A DNA stretch of 64,000 bases, from the NCBI GenBank assembly GCA_013286215.1, contig JABDGC010000001.1:92564-156563 (forward strand). Reading direction: 5' to 3'. The DNA comes from Gammaproteobacteria bacterium (GTDB lineage: Bacteria > Pseudomonadota > Gammaproteobacteria > DSM-16500). The stretch's first letter is position 1. Every line of letters starts with the position of its first letter. The notes under the pieces were generated by a model that worked only from the letters and a program-made list of their open reading frames with translations, searched no databases and was not told the origin of the DNA. The translations under genes and the position numbers were made by a program. This document shows, piece by piece, positions 1-7,944 of this stretch.

Positions 1-1852
1 GCCGGAAGTGTCTGGAAACGACCTTGCGGACATCCGGCAGCATGCCGAGACAGCTCATCATGGGGCTGGGTGGAATGGCGCCAGATTTGGATTCATTGTA
101 GAAGGAGACGTTGCCGGAAATGATCGGCAATGAAGCGCCGGGAAAATCTTGGAGGCCGATTGCTTGACAGGCATCAATGATGCCGCGGACGGATTCCGTG
201 AATTCCCACATTTGTTCTGGTTTTTCTGGATTGCCAAAGCAGAGACAGTCGGTGACGGCCTGCGGGCTTGCGCCTACGGCTGCAACTTTACGCGCGACTT
301 CGACCACGGCGTTCACTGCACCCCAATAGGGGTCCATTTTGTTGTAGCGCGGATGCTGGTCCATTGCCAGGGCAATCCCAGTGAGACGAATTTCCTCGGG
401 GTATTTATTTTCATTAAAGGGCTGCATGACGCCGGCGTCGGCTTCTCCGGTTTCCAGAATGGTGCGGCCCTGGACCTGTTTGTCATATTTTTCAAAGACT
501 GGCGCACGGGAGGCGATATTTTCATGAGCCAGGAGTTTTAATAAGACGTCATTATAATTCGAGAGCGGCTGGAGTTGGGGCTCGCGCCGATTTTTTTGTG
601 GCGCCGTGTAGGGTCGGTCGTAAAGCAGTCCCTTGGTGACATCGGCGGCTAAAGCATCGACCAGAATGCTTTGATGGTGATAAACCACATATTTTTTATC
701 CAAACGAATTTTGCCGATTATTTTGGCTTGTGCGCCGGCGGAAATAGCGGGCAGGGCAAAAGTTTGATTATAGTGTTTGAGGATGAGATCGCTTAGCTCC
801 GGGGGCACGACCCACATGAAACGTTCCTGCGTTTCGGAACAGAGAATGACAGAGGGATGCAAATGCGGCAGGCTGACTGGCACCTGGTCTAAGTGTATTT
901 CCGCGCCATAGCCGCCGCTTTCAGCCATCTCAACGGAGGCGCAGGCGACGCCGCCTGCGCCTAAATCTTTGAAGGCAACCTGGTTGATTTTGTTCTTTTC
1001 TTGCAGTAGACGGAAGAGGGCATTATTGGCCTTGAGTAAGTGACGCTTTAAAAAAGCGTTGGGTTCCTGGACTGCGCCTTTGTTGCGTTCTTGCTGTTCT
1101 TCGTTTAAGTCCGCCGAAGCAAAGCTTGCGCCGCCGAAACCGCTGTTGTCCGTGGGCTTGCCCACTAAAATAAAGACATAGCCTTCCGCGTTTTGCGGTG
1201 CGTAGGAGTGAATGACGGCGTCGTCACGCACCACGCCAAGCGTGACCACGGTGACCAGGCAATTTTCGTTATAGCCGGAATCGAAATACACATCGCCGGC
1301 GAGGTTGGGAACGCCAATGGGGTTGCTATAACCGGCGATGCCCGCGATCACGCCTTCCTGGATCCAGCGAGTTTTGGGAAGCTGCAAGGAGCCAAAACGC
1401 AGCCCATCGCCGATGGCGATGACTTCGGCGCCCATGCAGCAGACATCGCGTACATTACCGCCAACGCCTGTGGCCGCCCCTTCATAGGGCACGATTTGTG
1501 AAGGATGGTTATGGGATTCATGGCTCATGACAATGCCATAGCGATGGCCTTGTTTATCCTGAGCCACAGCGACAATGCCGGCGTCTTCTTTAGCCCCTAA
1601 GATGACATTGGGGCCGTCGGTAATCATTTTTTTTAAATGCTTGCGGCTGGATTTGTAGGAGCAATGTTCGGAACCTTGAATAGACCAGAGAATGGCTTCT
1701 GTTAAACTGGGTGGCCGTTTTAAAATGCTATTTTGGATGGTGAGGGCTTCGTCAACAGTGAGTCCAAGCTGGTATTTTTGTAATGTTTGACTAATTTCTG
1801 AGCGAGATAAGGCGTTAAAATCAAGAATTTCAGCTTGCTGCGTCGCTAGCAT
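1..1852 (-). CDS. purL: phosphoribosylformylglycinamidine synthase subunit PurL (FGAM synthase II), N-terminal ~617 codons; the 3' end runs off the window
   Basis: My own minus-strand translation from the ATG at 1852..1850 reads MLATQQAEILDFNALSRSEISQTLQKYQLGLTVDEAL...LWSIQGSEHCSYKSS...MSHESHNHPSQIVPYEGAATGVGGNVRDV...ISGNVSFYNES. These are typical PurL motifs. The frame is open to position 1, so the gene is absent from the ORF track. Confidence 0.85.
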   Translation of the reverse strand, partial: MLATQQAEILDFNALSRSEISQTLQKYQLGLTVDEALTIQNSILKRPPSLTEAILWSIQGSEHCSYKSSRKHLKKMITDGPNVILGAKEDAGIVAVAQDKQGHRYGIVMSHESHNHPSQIVPYEGAATGVGGNVRDVCCMGAEVIAIGDGLRFGSLQLPKTRWIQEGVIAGIAGYSNPIGVPNLAGDVYFDSGYNENCLVTVVTLGVVRDDAVIHSYAPQNAEGYVFILVGKPTDNSGFGGASFASADLNEEQQERNKGAVQEPNAFLKRHLLKANNALFRLLQEKNKINQVAFKDLGAGGVACASVEMAESGGYGAEIHLDQVPVSLPHLHPSVILCSETQERFMWVVPPELSDLILKHYNQTFALPAISAGAQAKIIGKIRLDKKYVVYHHQSILVDALAADVTKGLLYDRPYTAPQKNRREPQLQPLSNYNDVLLKLLAHENIASRAPVFEKYDKQVQGRTILETGEADAGVMQPFNENKYPEEIRLTGIALAMDQHPRYNKMDPYWGAVNAVVEVARKVAAVGASPQAVTDCLCFGNPEKPEQMWEFTESVRGIIDACQAIGLQDFPGASLPIISGNVSFYNESKSGAIPPSPMMSCLGMLPDVRKVVSRHFR

Positions 1853-2027
1853 TGTTAATTTCACATCCCTGAAAAAATTCCAAGTGGGGATTATAGTCTA
1901 GGAAAGGTTTCCGCGCTAGTACTAACGCCCAATTATTGTTCGATTAATTCGGTCGTTTTGAATGTTTCTACCCGGGCATCCTGACCAAAATAAGCCAAGT
2001 GCTGTACTCGTGTTTTGTCCGTGGTGA

Positions 2028-2540
2028 TTATTGAAACTTATAGATTAAACCAAGTTTGAAAAAGTTGAAGCGGGAGTAGCCAAAATTTTGGATAATACCT
2101 TGGCCTGTATAAATATATTCTCCACGCATGGCCCAGGTATTCGAGAGGTCCATTTGCAAACCAAGACCCAGCTGGCCGCCGGTGAACATCTGTAAGGTTT
2201 TTGAGTAGCGAAAGGTTTCCACGCCTATACGCAGGTAAACTAAAACCGCTTCGCGGAAAACATAGCCGGGCAGCAGGCTGGCGCCAAAACCAAAATTGGT
2301 GCGGCGATAATAATTCTGGCTTAAGGGCAGGGAACCGGTATCGCCAAAAATTTCGCCAGCGAAGTAATAATTTTGATATTCACCGAAGCTGAGACTGTAG
2401 CCACCAAAGACGGTGGCGAGCAGACCATTATAGGACTCGGTGTTTTGTATGCCGAGCCCCGCACCGAGATAAGGGGCGGCGAGAGCGTTGAGGGTGCTTG
2501 CGGCGAAAAGAGCGCCGGCTATTAAAAGTTTTTTAACCAT
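2028..2540 (-). CDS. small outer-membrane beta-barrel protein (OmpA-N/OmpX/opacity-like porin family)
   Basis: 170 aa. It has a Sec signal (MVKKLLIAGALFAASTLNALA/AP), a G/Y-rich alternating beta-strand pattern, and a C-terminus of ...KLGLIYKFQ with a near-terminal aromatic residue. Confidence 0.7.
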   Translation of the reverse strand: MVKKLLIAGALFAASTLNALAAPYLGAGLGIQNTESYNGLLATVFGGYSLSFGEYQNYYFAGEIFGDTGSLPLSQNYYRRTNFGFGASLLPGYVFREAVLVYLRIGVETFRYSKTLQMFTGGQLGLGLQMDLSNTWAMRGEYIYTGQGIIQNFGYSRFNFFKLGLIYKFQ

Positions 2541-2813
2541 GGTAACTATCCCAGATTTTTTAAAGATCTTATATTTCGCTGAAGGCGGCCCTCTGACTTT
2601 TGCACTTTTTACATTGTGTTTCGCTTTCCTTGTGAAGTCAATCGGCTTTCTCGCGGCGTTCGCTTCTCCTCATTGAACCTAACGCTCATCTCTATTACCA
2701 TACGCGCGTGCGAAGGATGAAGGAAGCATCCGGCAATACTGAGGGTCTGTTGAATTTTCCCAAAGCACTTTACCTGAGGGAATTGATAGTGATCTTGACA
2801 ACGAGGATATAAA

Positions 2814-3218
2814 ATGAAAAAAATCATGTTGACTTGTCTTTCTTTAATAGCTTTGCTGTGCTTCACCTCGCTTTCTTTTGCAAGCGTCGATCTGAAAGGG
2901 AAATATACCGGCGCTCAATTTAAGCGAACTGGAAATTCAATCGCTCTTACGAAAAACAGCATGTATGGCACTGAAATTTTAGTCATCAATAATACGCCGG
3001 ATCCGATCGAGGTTGAAGTGCCGTATACGGGTATCTCTGACTGGCTCAATGGCAACGGTGTTTATCGCATCGTCAGCAACTTGGTTTTCCCGACGACGAA
3101 TGTAACCATCTGGCATCCGAATTATGGTTATCTGGATAGCTATGTTTCGAACTATTCTATTATTTCGTTTTCGATTCAGTATGGGCGAGCAAATATTATT
3201 ACGGTTGAGTATTATTAA
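2814..3218 (+). CDS. secreted hypothetical protein
   Basis: 134-aa ORF with a clear signal peptide (MKKIMLTCLSLIALLCFTSLSFA/S). No domain recognised. Confidence 0.5.
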   Translation: MKKIMLTCLSLIALLCFTSLSFASVDLKGKYTGAQFKRTGNSIALTKNSMYGTEILVINNTPDPIEVEVPYTGISDWLNGNGVYRIVSNLVFPTTNVTIWHPNYGYLDSYVSNYSIISFSIQYGRANIITVEYY

Positions 3219-3232
3219 AAATTTGTCCTGCA

Positions 3233-3297
3233 ATCCTGAGCGCAGCGAAGGATCTCACTCCCTAAGCAGCGGGGAGATCCTTCGCTGCGCTCAGGAT
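3233..3297. repeat. palindromic extragenic element, type A (copy 1 of 2)
   Basis: Perfect 24-bp arms: atcctgagcgcagcgaaggatctc (3233..3256) and gagatccttcgctgcgctcaggat (3274..3297). They flank a 17-nt loop. The element is nearly identical to the one at 37655..37729. Confidence 0.85.
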
Positions 3298-3314
3298 GAC
3301 AATTGAGATAACGC

Positions 3315-4334
3315 TTAGCCTTGATTTAGCCCGGTGATTAGTTGCCGTTTGAGTTTTTCACTTTGAATGCCAATGCTCACCCGCACTTTTCCGCCGTGCT
3401 TCTTATCAATCACGGTCGCGCCTGACCAAGCTTCGGGTTCTTGTCTTACCGAAAGCGGCAAGACCTCAAAGCGTGTTAAGCTTTCATTCATCGCAATCAA
3501 CGCTGCCAGGGGGTCCCACAGATACCAGGTCTTACTCTGCAACTGTTGTTTCTTGTGGTCTAACAGGGAAGAAACAAACTTCGCAGCCGGTGTTTGTTGT
3601 TGCTGTTGCAGCTGTTCATAAAATGCGTGATCGACCAAAGCTTGATTAGTCACATCCAGCGGCACGAGGGTGAGCGGCAAGCCGGAGTGGAAAAGCTGGT
3701 CTGCCGCATAAGGGTCAAGGTAGATATTCCATTCCGCGCTCTGATTAAGATTGCTGGCCACGGTTTCGTGAATATTTCCCGGAACCCGGATTGCTCCGCC
3801 CATGATGTAAACCATATGCACCTTGGCTTTTAATTGCGGCTGCTGTTCAAAAACTTCGGCCAAAGTGGTTAAAGGACCAATCGCGAGAATATTCATCGGC
3901 TTGGCGGCTTTGTTTAAAGTTTCAATCATTAAGTCTTTCGCGGTTTTTCGAGAGCGGGGCAGGGTCGATTGGGGTAGCGGTGTGTTTGCCATGCGGTCGC
4001 AGCTATCCAGCACGTTTTGAGGAAAGTGATGCGTGCCGCGGAGCGGCGTAGAGCGGCCACAAGCGAGTGGAATGTTACGCTGTCCTGCCAGTTGCAGAAG
4101 CCCGGCCACATTGGCAAAGGCTGGTTGACAATGCGCGTTGCCATCACTTTCAATGGTGATGGCTGTCACTTTGACCGAGGGCTGTTTTAATAAGTAGAGA
4201 AGCGCTATAGCATCGTCCGGGCCGACATCGGTGTCAATGAGCCATTCCTGCTGACGAGCAGCTGGCGGCTCAGCAAGGGAAGGGTTGCTTGAAAGACTGA
4301 TTAGAGCGAAGAGGAGGATGAATAGTAAACGCAT
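3315..4334 (-). CDS. secreted/periplasmic inosine-uridine-preferring nucleoside hydrolase family protein
   Basis: 339 aa. A signal peptide (MRLLFILLFALISLSSNPSLA/E) is followed by DTDVGPDDAIALLYLL, the DxDxxxDD aspartate cluster of IU-nucleoside hydrolases. Confidence 0.8.
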   Translation of the reverse strand: MRLLFILLFALISLSSNPSLAEPPAARQQEWLIDTDVGPDDAIALLYLLKQPSVKVTAITIESDGNAHCQPAFANVAGLLQLAGQRNIPLACGRSTPLRGTHHFPQNVLDSCDRMANTPLPQSTLPRSRKTAKDLMIETLNKAAKPMNILAIGPLTTLAEVFEQQPQLKAKVHMVYIMGGAIRVPGNIHETVASNLNQSAEWNIYLDPYAADQLFHSGLPLTLVPLDVTNQALVDHAFYEQLQQQQQTPAAKFVSSLLDHKKQQLQSKTWYLWDPLAALIAMNESLTRFEVLPLSVRQEPEAWSGATVIDKKHGGKVRVSIGIQSEKLKRQLITGLNQG

Positions 4335-4405
4335 TTTTAAGGGTAAAACAATAATGATTGTCCAGTTTGCACATTAAAGCGAATTCGCATAAAAATGTAA
4401 AGTAA

Positions 4406-4473
4406 ATCGTTTTTACCTCCTTCCCCTAACCCCTTCCTCCACGAACGGCGTGGAGGAAGGGGTTAGGGGAAGG
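4406..4473. repeat. REP-like palindromic element, type B (copy 1)
   Basis: Perfect 25-bp stem: ccttcccctaaccccttcctccacg (4419..4443) and cgtggaggaaggggttaggggaagg (4449..4473), with a 5-nt loop. The leader atcgtttttacctcc is shared with the copies at 50681..50869. Confidence 0.85.
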
Positions 4474-4710
4474 GTGGAGCGAATATATACACGAAAGACC
4501 TCTATCTGCTTGATAAAAGAGATGCTTTTTTGTGCTCAAGAGGACTGGCAATCCGGTTGGTATCCTATAGATCCTGTGCAGTTCTAAATTGCGATTTCTA
4601 TCGCATAAAGAGGCATATTTAGATATAATTTGCTCAGATTTCCTTAAGGCTTAGTCGGTATAATTTAAGCTAGATTTATATACATTAATACACAAACGAG
4701 GTTCAAGCTC

Positions 4711-7700
4711 ATGTCTCCACGAATGTCACATACCGCTATTATGTCACTTGCTGGTGATTCGCCAGCGACAACTCTTTCTCAACATCAACTGACCATTCTC
4801 AAGGCTTTGGACGCTCAATTAAAAAGGAAGGAAGACTATTTCGCTCGTAAGGCTAAGGGTAGAAAAGCGGTGGGGGAAGCAAAACACTTGCGTGGGCCCT
4901 CCGTTCAGACCCAGATACCATTGACTGAGGCCGAAGCAGGGCTCCAGTATCAGGTACAAGACGCCCGTCGTCGGCTTGATCTGTTTAAGGAACAGCGGGA
5001 GCAGTTGGAAGGACAAGAGGCGAAACTCAGTGAGTTCGATATCAATGGCCGGATTCAAGAAATGAAGAGGGCGTTGGCGGAAGCTATAAAAGCGGAACTA
5101 AGACTGCTGTGCGAGCGTGCGAGAACACGTGGTGTTGGGATCCGTCAACGGCTTGAAGGTTATGTTAGGGTAAACGGAGAAGAGCTTGTTTTCAATGAAG
5201 ATTTAAATTCTAACTTCTCCGAACTCGATACATTTGAAATGGTTCTGCCCATGGTCTGCCAATTTTTGGAGGACACGAGCGGCTCACTGGATGCCACACC
5301 CGGATTGCAGGCGCAGCTTGACAGAATAGTCGCGAAAGCGCTGTTCCAGCCACAGGAGCCCGATGCAGTTCCGATATCGGTTTTTGATGAGTCTACTGGT
5401 CAGGGTAAAAAACATTTTAATGTTAGAAGAGACGTCATCGTGCAAGCGAGAAAGCTTCAAAGCGAGAGGAGCGCTCAGGTGCATGCTCAGCCCCAAAAAC
5501 GAGCTGAGTTGGCTGCCGGTATTCAGGAATTACAGACTGAGATCGCTCAGCTGGATGCGAATTTTTTACGATTTAGAATGCAACAACTGGTCCCTCAAGA
5601 TGCGAAAGAAGTAGACCTGGCTGAAGCAAGCCTTATTTTGCGTGAGTTGGAGAGGTTGCAGGACGAGGACCGTCGCGAACCTCGCATTAAATATAGTGGA
5701 GTTCCCAAGGCGCAGTGGCAGGGCATCTTAGCTGGCATCACGCAATTGAAAAAGAAATTACAGGCTAACGCGCTGGATCTGACAGGTGCCATGCAAGTAC
5801 CTTCAGAGATCGTGCGGGCTTCCTACGAGCTGCTTGAGTTCGCGCAAAGTCTTTCCCAGATTTATTCAACCCGAGCTTTCCCACGCGAGCTTGTAAAGCA
5901 AATGAACGAGGCGTTTGAGGCGCAGGCGCAGTTGATGCAGTCTTGTCTGGCGGGGGAAGAAAAGCAGGCTTCCAGGTCCGCACCCCCTCTGAAAAATTTG
6001 CATCCCAAGTTGCATGCCTTCAGGGAGCAGATTCGAGCGCTTAAAATGCTTCAGGAGCAGCTACAAGAGGAGCAGGACGTCCTTGGCGCTCTTGTTGATG
6101 AATTGGATAAGTTGCTGGCAGCAAATCCTCGCGCTAAATTTGCTCAAGTTCCTGATGATCAATACGTGCCCATTATAGCGAGCGTCGCTACTCTAAAAGC
6201 CCATTTGATGGAGAGGGAGTTGGATCTGAGTGGCGCGGGCACGCTGCAAATGCCTTTAGGTATTGCTCGTTCCTCCTGTCGGCTGCTCGAGGTTGCTCAA
6301 GATTTTCGATTATTCTACCCGAAAGAGTTGCCGCGCCCGCTTCAAGTAAAAATAAATAGGGCATTTGAGGCTCATCAACACTTGATGACGGCTTGCTGTC
6401 CACCACGTTCCCCTAGAAGTGAAGTAAAACATGAGCGCTCTGCGGTTGCGCATCCTCTGAAGTTGGCGCAGTCAAAGTTAATCGCTTTTGATGAACAGGT
6501 TCGCAGTCTTTATGACGAATTTCAAAGCCATCAAAAACAATTTCAAGCAAGTCAGCAGGCTATTCGAGACTTGCAGGGAAAGAGTTTCCCGCTCCTTAGT
6601 CTGGTGATGCTTAGCAAAATAGGTGAGGGTGTCGCTCAAGTGGGCCGTTTGGCTGCAGAGCAGAAGTTGAATGTGGAGCATGCATTTGAAGTGTCCGAAA
6701 GAATTGCCCGTTCCTCCATTGATTTGCTCGAAGTCACGCAAAACTTGATACAGATCTACCCAGGGCACAAGTTGCCGCCGGAACTTATAGAAAAAATAAG
6801 GAGTGCCTTTGATGTCCAGGCGAAATTGGTGGAATCTTGTCTTCTCCCGCCTGCAGGCAGGGAAGAAAAAGATCCGGGGGCTGTAGCTAGGCCTCAGCCT
6901 TTATCTCTGTTGGCTGAACTAAATCGACAGGTTCACGGTCTTAAAGATCTTCAACGCGGTCAAGTCAGGTTGCAAGCGGATCAGGCCGTTGTTCAAAACG
7001 TGAAGAGAAAATTTGCAGCAGGGGAACTCCTGCCTATTAGTAAGAAGACGCTTGACAAACTAGACGCGAGTGTCGCGCAGCTGAACCTTCTTCAGCTGGC
7101 AGAAGAGAAATCGGCGCTCGCTGACTCTGCGACCTTGTCTGGAGGTCTTGTTAGGTGCTCTTATGAACTGTTCGAAGTCATGCAAGAAATTTCACTGATT
7201 TATCGAAGATTGGGCTGTGCGGTGCCGAGCCCGCTCGCTACAAAAATCAATCAAGCATCTGAGATTCAAGAACAACTGATGCGTGACTGTGTTCATCAAC
7301 CAATAGCCGGTGAAGCAAAGGGCGACGGTGTTTCTCATGTCGTGACACCTCTGGAGGAAATGCGATGGAAGTTAAGTAATTTAAGTAACCAGGTGAGGGC
7401 TCTCCAAGACCTTCAACGCACCCTTCGAGAGGGCCATCAAGTGCAAGCAGAACAGCAAGCTACCGAGCAATTGTGCCGATTGCTTGGTAGCGTCATTCAG
7501 AATCGCGACTATTGGCATAGTTTACTTCGCTTTTCTGCCTTTCGAGGTTCCGAAGTGTCGACAGGAATAGAGAGCATGGTGGCGATTGTGCAGGGGCGTG
7601 ATTGGCGCCCCAATGCGGAATGGCTTAAAGATTCTGGCAAGTGCCTTGCATTTATTGCGCAGCTGAAAGGGGTGGCACAGGAACGTATTCAAGCGCATAG

Positions 7701-7908
7701 AGACCGCCGCGGCGGCTGGTTCTTTAATTCGAAAAGGCCTGCAGCGGTCTCGCAGTTCTATCAGTTTCTTGAGAATTTGAATGAGTTTGAATCAGCAAAG
7801 GTAGGTTTGCAGGCGGCTCAAACCGTGGGCGCGGTTGTAAGTCTGCCAAATGCAAAAGCTGCTGAGGTTGCTGAGGAAGCTCGTTCTCATAGCTTTATAT
7901 GGCGTTAA
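4711..7908 (+). CDS. family-1 paralogue 1: 1065-aa helical repeat protein of unknown function (four in-phase 149-aa repeats plus a C-terminal YWH domain)
   Basis: Long ORF with SD acgagg upstream. The (A/C)R(S/A/C)S(Y/C/I)-x-L(L/F)E(V/F)-x-Q...IY...P...(I/M)(N/R)-x-(A/S)(F/S)(E/D)-x-Q-x-(L/H)(M/V)-x-x-C module occurs 4 times. The C-terminus (NRDYWHSLL...VSQFYQFLENLNEF) is shared with the three downstream genes. Confidence 0.85.
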   Translation: MSPRMSHTAIMSLAGDSPATTLSQHQLTILKALDAQLKRKEDYFARKAKGRKAVGEAKHLRGPSVQTQIPLTEAEAGLQYQVQDARRRLDLFKEQREQLEGQEAKLSEFDINGRIQEMKRALAEAIKAELRLLCERARTRGVGIRQRLEGYVRVNGEELVFNEDLNSNFSELDTFEMVLPMVCQFLEDTSGSLDATPGLQAQLDRIVAKALFQPQEPDAVPISVFDESTGQGKKHFNVRRDVIVQARKLQSERSAQVHAQPQKRAELAAGIQELQTEIAQLDANFLRFRMQQLVPQDAKEVDLAEASLILRELERLQDEDRREPRIKYSGVPKAQWQGILAGITQLKKKLQANALDLTGAMQVPSEIVRASYELLEFAQSLSQIYSTRAFPRELVKQMNEAFEAQAQLMQSCLAGEEKQASRSAPPLKNLHPKLHAFREQIRALKMLQEQLQEEQDVLGALVDELDKLLAANPRAKFAQVPDDQYVPIIASVATLKAHLMERELDLSGAGTLQMPLGIARSSCRLLEVAQDFRLFYPKELPRPLQVKINRAFEAHQHLMTACCPPRSPRSEVKHERSAVAHPLKLAQSKLIAFDEQVRSLYDEFQSHQKQFQASQQAIRDLQGKSFPLLSLVMLSKIGEGVAQVGRLAAEQKLNVEHAFEVSERIARSSIDLLEVTQNLIQIYPGHKLPPELIEKIRSAFDVQAKLVESCLLPPAGREEKDPGAVARPQPLSLLAELNRQVHGLKDLQRGQVRLQADQAVVQNVKRKFAAGELLPISKKTLDKLDASVAQLNLLQLAEEKSALADSATLSGGLVRCSYELFEVMQEISLIYRRLGCAVPSPLATKINQASEIQEQLMRDCVHQPIAGEAKGDGVSHVVTPLEEMRWKLSNLSNQVRALQDLQRTLREGHQVQAEQQATEQLCRLLGSVIQNRDYWHSLLRFSAFRGSEVSTGIESMVAIVQGRDWRPNAEWLKDSGKCLAFIAQLKGVAQERIQAHRDRRGGWFFNSKRPAAVSQFYQFLENLNEFESAKVGLQAAQTVGAVVSLPNAKAAEVAEEARSHSFIWR
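5773..7500 (+). repeat. in-frame tandem repeat inside family-1 gene 1: about 4 units with a 447-bp (149-codon) period
   Basis: Unit starts LDLTGA at 5773, LDLSGA at 6220 and LNVEHA at 6667 are spaced exactly 447 nt apart. A fourth, divergent unit starts at 7114. Each unit carries one ARSSY-LLE..IY..P module. Confidence 0.8.
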
Positions 7909-7944
7909 AGATTTTCACACGCAAAAATGCTGGAGAGGTGATTT

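Noticed and set aside
3124-3306. 60-aa ORF ...NPERSEGSHSLSSGEILRCAQDDN, and the 49134..49433 ORF ...LPFEKGGWGDLYK
   Set aside because: Both are translations of palindromic REP-like elements. The peptide symmetry simply reflects the inverted repeat, so they are not genes.
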